DNA from: Candidatus Binatia bacterium
GTDB taxonomy: Bacteria; Desulfobacterota; Binatia; UBA9968; JAJDTQ01
Assembly (NCBI GenBank): GCA_963666515.2
Contig: OY762897.2
Location: forward strand, 1,254,370 to 1,318,369
Direction: 5' to 3'
Length of the DNA stretch: 64,000 nucleotides
Shown here piece after piece: positions 62,028 to 64,000 of this stretch. The notes beneath the pieces are model-generated. The model saw only the letters and a list, made by a program, of their open reading frames with translations. It was not told the DNA's origin and did no database searches. The position numbers and the translations under genes were made by a program. Every line of letters starts with the position of its first letter. Position 1 is the stretch's first letter.

Positions 62028-64000
62028 TCAAATTCCTTCTGCCAGCCGGGCGCGGAGGTTCGTGAGGCGGCGGGTGGAGCGGACGTTCTTCACCGCCATG
62101 GCCAGCGCCCGGGGTTGGCCGATGATGACCACCAGGCGCTTGCCCCGGGTCACCGCGGTGTAGAGCAGGTTGCGTTGCAGCAGCAGGTAGTGCTGCATGG
62201 CCAGGGGAATGACCACCGCGGGGTACTCCGAGCCCTGGCTCTTGTGCACCGAGGTGGCGTAGGCCAGGGAAATCTCGTCCAGCTCGCCCAGGTCGTAGGG
62301 CACCGTCCGGTCGTCGAAGGCCACGTGGACCTGCCCCTCGTCGAGGTCGACACAGGATACTTGCCCGATGTCGCCGTTGAACACGTCCTTGTCGTAGTCG
62401 TTGACGGTCTGGATGATCTTGTCCCGCGGCGCATAGGTCCAGCCGAAACGGCTGACCTGCGGTTCCGCGCCGGCGTTGAGACGTTTCTGCAATTCCACGT
62501 TCAGCGAGCGAGTGCCCAGGCTGCCCCGGTTCATGGGCGTCAGCACCTGGATGTCCCGGATGGGATTCATGCCGAAGCGCCTGGGGATGCGTTCGGTCAC
62601 CACCTGGAAGAGCTTGTCGTAGATGTCCTCGGGGGATTCCGCGGGAATGAAGTAGAAGTCCTGCAGCCCGTCGCCGTCGGGGGTCTCGATGGGCTGGCCG
62701 GCGTTGATGCGGTGGGCGTTGACCACGATGCTGGAGGAGGCCGCCTGCCGGAAAATTTCCGTGAGCCGCACCGTCGGTACCTGCTCCGACTCGATGACGT
62801 CCTGCAGCACCGCCCCCGGGCCGACCGAGGGGAGCTGGTCCACGTCGCCCACCAGCAGCACCGCGGCGTGGGAAGGCACCGCCTTCAGCAGGTGGTTCAT
62901 CAGCAGGACATCCACCATCGAGACCTCGTCGACGATCAACAGGTCCACGTCCAGGGGATCGGCCTCGTCCTTGCGGAAACCCGCCTGCCTGGGGTCGAAC
63001 TCCAGCAGCCGGTGGATGGTCCTGGCCTCGGCCCCGGCGGACTCGGAAAGCCGTTTGGCCGCGCGTCCGGTGGGCGCGCACAGCAGCACCTTGCCGCCGC
63101 GTCCCTCCACCAGTTTCAGGATGCTGTTGACGATGGTGGTCTTCCCGACCCCCGGCCCTCCGGTCAATACCGTGACCTTGCCCTTCAGCACGGTGTCCGC
63201 GGCTTCACGCTGGGACTCCGAAAGGCTCAAGCCGGTGACGGCCTCCACCCACGGTATGGCGCGTCCGCCGTCGATGGCGCCCCAGGGCGGCGGCCCCCTG
63301 AGCAACCGCCGGAGGTGGCCGGCCACGCCGATCTCGGCACGGTGCAGCGGAGTCAGGAACAGCGCCGGCTCGCCGCCCAGCGTCTCCGCCACCAGGTTTT
63401 CGGCCGCCACCTCGAGCCCGATGGCCTGTTCGACCATCTCGGCGGAGACCTCGATCCGTTCCGCGGTGCGTTCCACCAGCTCGCGCCTTTCCGCCGCGCA
63501 ATGCCCTTCCGCCGAGCGTTCCCACAGCACGTGGTGCAGGGCCGCCCGTATGCGGATGAGCGAATCGGGCGGGATGCCGAGCTTGCCGGCGATGACGTCC
63601 GCGGTGAGGAAGCCGATGCCGGTGATGTCCTGGGCCAAGCGGTAGGGGTTCTCGCGGATCCGCTCGATGGCCTGGTCCCCGTACACCCGGTAGATGCGGG
63701 CCGCCCGGGCGCTGCCGATCCCGTGGGAATGCAGGAAGACCATGATCTCCCGGATGGCCTTCTGCTCGCGCCATGCCTCGGTGACCCGCGCCTGCCGTTT
63801 GGCGCCGATGCCTTCCAGCGTCAGAAGGCGTTCCGGGTCTTGCTCGATCACCTCGAACACGTCGCCGCCGAAGGCCTTGACGAGCTGGTGCGCGAAATGC
63901 GGGCCGATGCCCTTGATGAGACCCGAGCCGAGGTACTTCTCGACCCCTTCGAGGGTCGTCGGCGGGATGACCCTCAGCGTGGAGGCGCGGAACTGGAGGC
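62028..64000 (-). CDS. recD2: RecD2-like SF1 ATP-dependent DNA helicase; N-terminus outside window
   Basis: Walker A LTGGPGVGKTT, LLVGDVDQLPSVGPG, ATSVHKSQGSEYPAVV, and HhH GIGAKRQARV. The frame stays open upstream of the listed Met to the window end (...KYLGSGLIKGIGPHFAHQLVKAFGG). Confidence 0.85.
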   Translation of the reverse strand, partial: LQFRASTLRVIPPTTLEGVEKYLGSGLIKGIGPHFAHQLVKAFGGDVFEVIEQDPERLLTLEGIGAKRQARVTEAWREQKAIREIMVFLHSHGIGSARAARIYRVYGDQAIERIRENPYRLAQDITGIGFLTADVIAGKLGIPPDSLIRIRAALHHVLWERSAEGHCAAERRELVERTAERIEVSAEMVEQAIGLEVAAENLVAETLGGEPALFLTPLHRAEIGVAGHLRRLLRGPPPWGAIDGGRAIPWVEAVTGLSLSESQREAADTVLKGKVTVLTGGPGVGKTTIVNSILKLVEGRGGKVLLCAPTGRAAKRLSESAGAEARTIHRLLEFDPRQAGFRKDEADPLDVDLLIVDEVSMVDVLLMNHLLKAVPSHAAVLLVGDVDQLPSVGPGAVLQDVIESEQVPTVRLTEIFRQAASSSIVVNAHRINAGQPIETPDGDGLQDFYFIPAESPEDIYDKLFQVVTERIPRRFGMNPIRDIQVLTPMNRGSLGTRSLNVELQKRLNAGAEPQVSRFGWTYAPRDKIIQTVNDYDKDVFNGDIGQVSCVDLDEGQVHVAFDDRTVPYDLGELDEISLAYATSVHKSQGSEYPAVVIPLAMQHYLLLQRNLLYTAVTRGKRLVVIIGQPRALAMAVKNVRSTRRLTNLRARLAEGI

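Overview
A 64-kb window from a high-G+C genome. Hand counts of single 60-nt lines give about 70% G+C in the core. The organism is diderm and makes LPS. Lineage is not assignable from sequence alone; the intergenic palindromic repeats resemble, from memory, those of uncultured high-GC lineages (low confidence). About 60 tightly packed genes are present and most are housekeeping. They include the 3' part of a PBP1A-like gene, tsaD-rsmA-mutM, lhgO, uvrB-uvrC, comEC, hisS-aspS, def, an Rrf2-sufBCDSU-sufT operon, infA, rpiA, an M48 peptidase, rmuC, adhC, a lone Mo-hydroxylase large subunit, several amidohydrolases and a partial recD2. A roughly 16-kb co-directional envelope block runs lysS-lolC-lolD-bamA-skp-lpxD-fabZ-lpxI-gfo-lpxB-msbA-waaA-lpxK-kdkA. 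Two RRM-type RNA-binding protein genes are also present. I saw no rRNA, tRNA or CRISPR array. Accessory content has three parts: (i) two families of structured palindromic REP/MITE-like repeats at 3.1, 5.5-5.7 and 11.0 kb; (ii) an Xre(DUF2384)-RES toxin-antitoxin pair between comEC and hisS; (iii) a lower-G+C island of about 6.8 kb (about 52.38-59.19 kb). The island carries an ORF that may be a recombinase remnant, an HNH_5-like nuclease gene, an intact IS1634-like element, and a translationally coupled two-gene operon. That operon encodes a 353-aa protein of unknown family followed by a 683-aa TPR-containing protein. I could not place either in a known family, so this operon is my best candidate for an undescribed conflict or defence module. 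All family assignments rest on motif recognition by eye; no database search was possible. The many long antisense ORFs in the six-frame track are treated as high-GC shadow ORFs.
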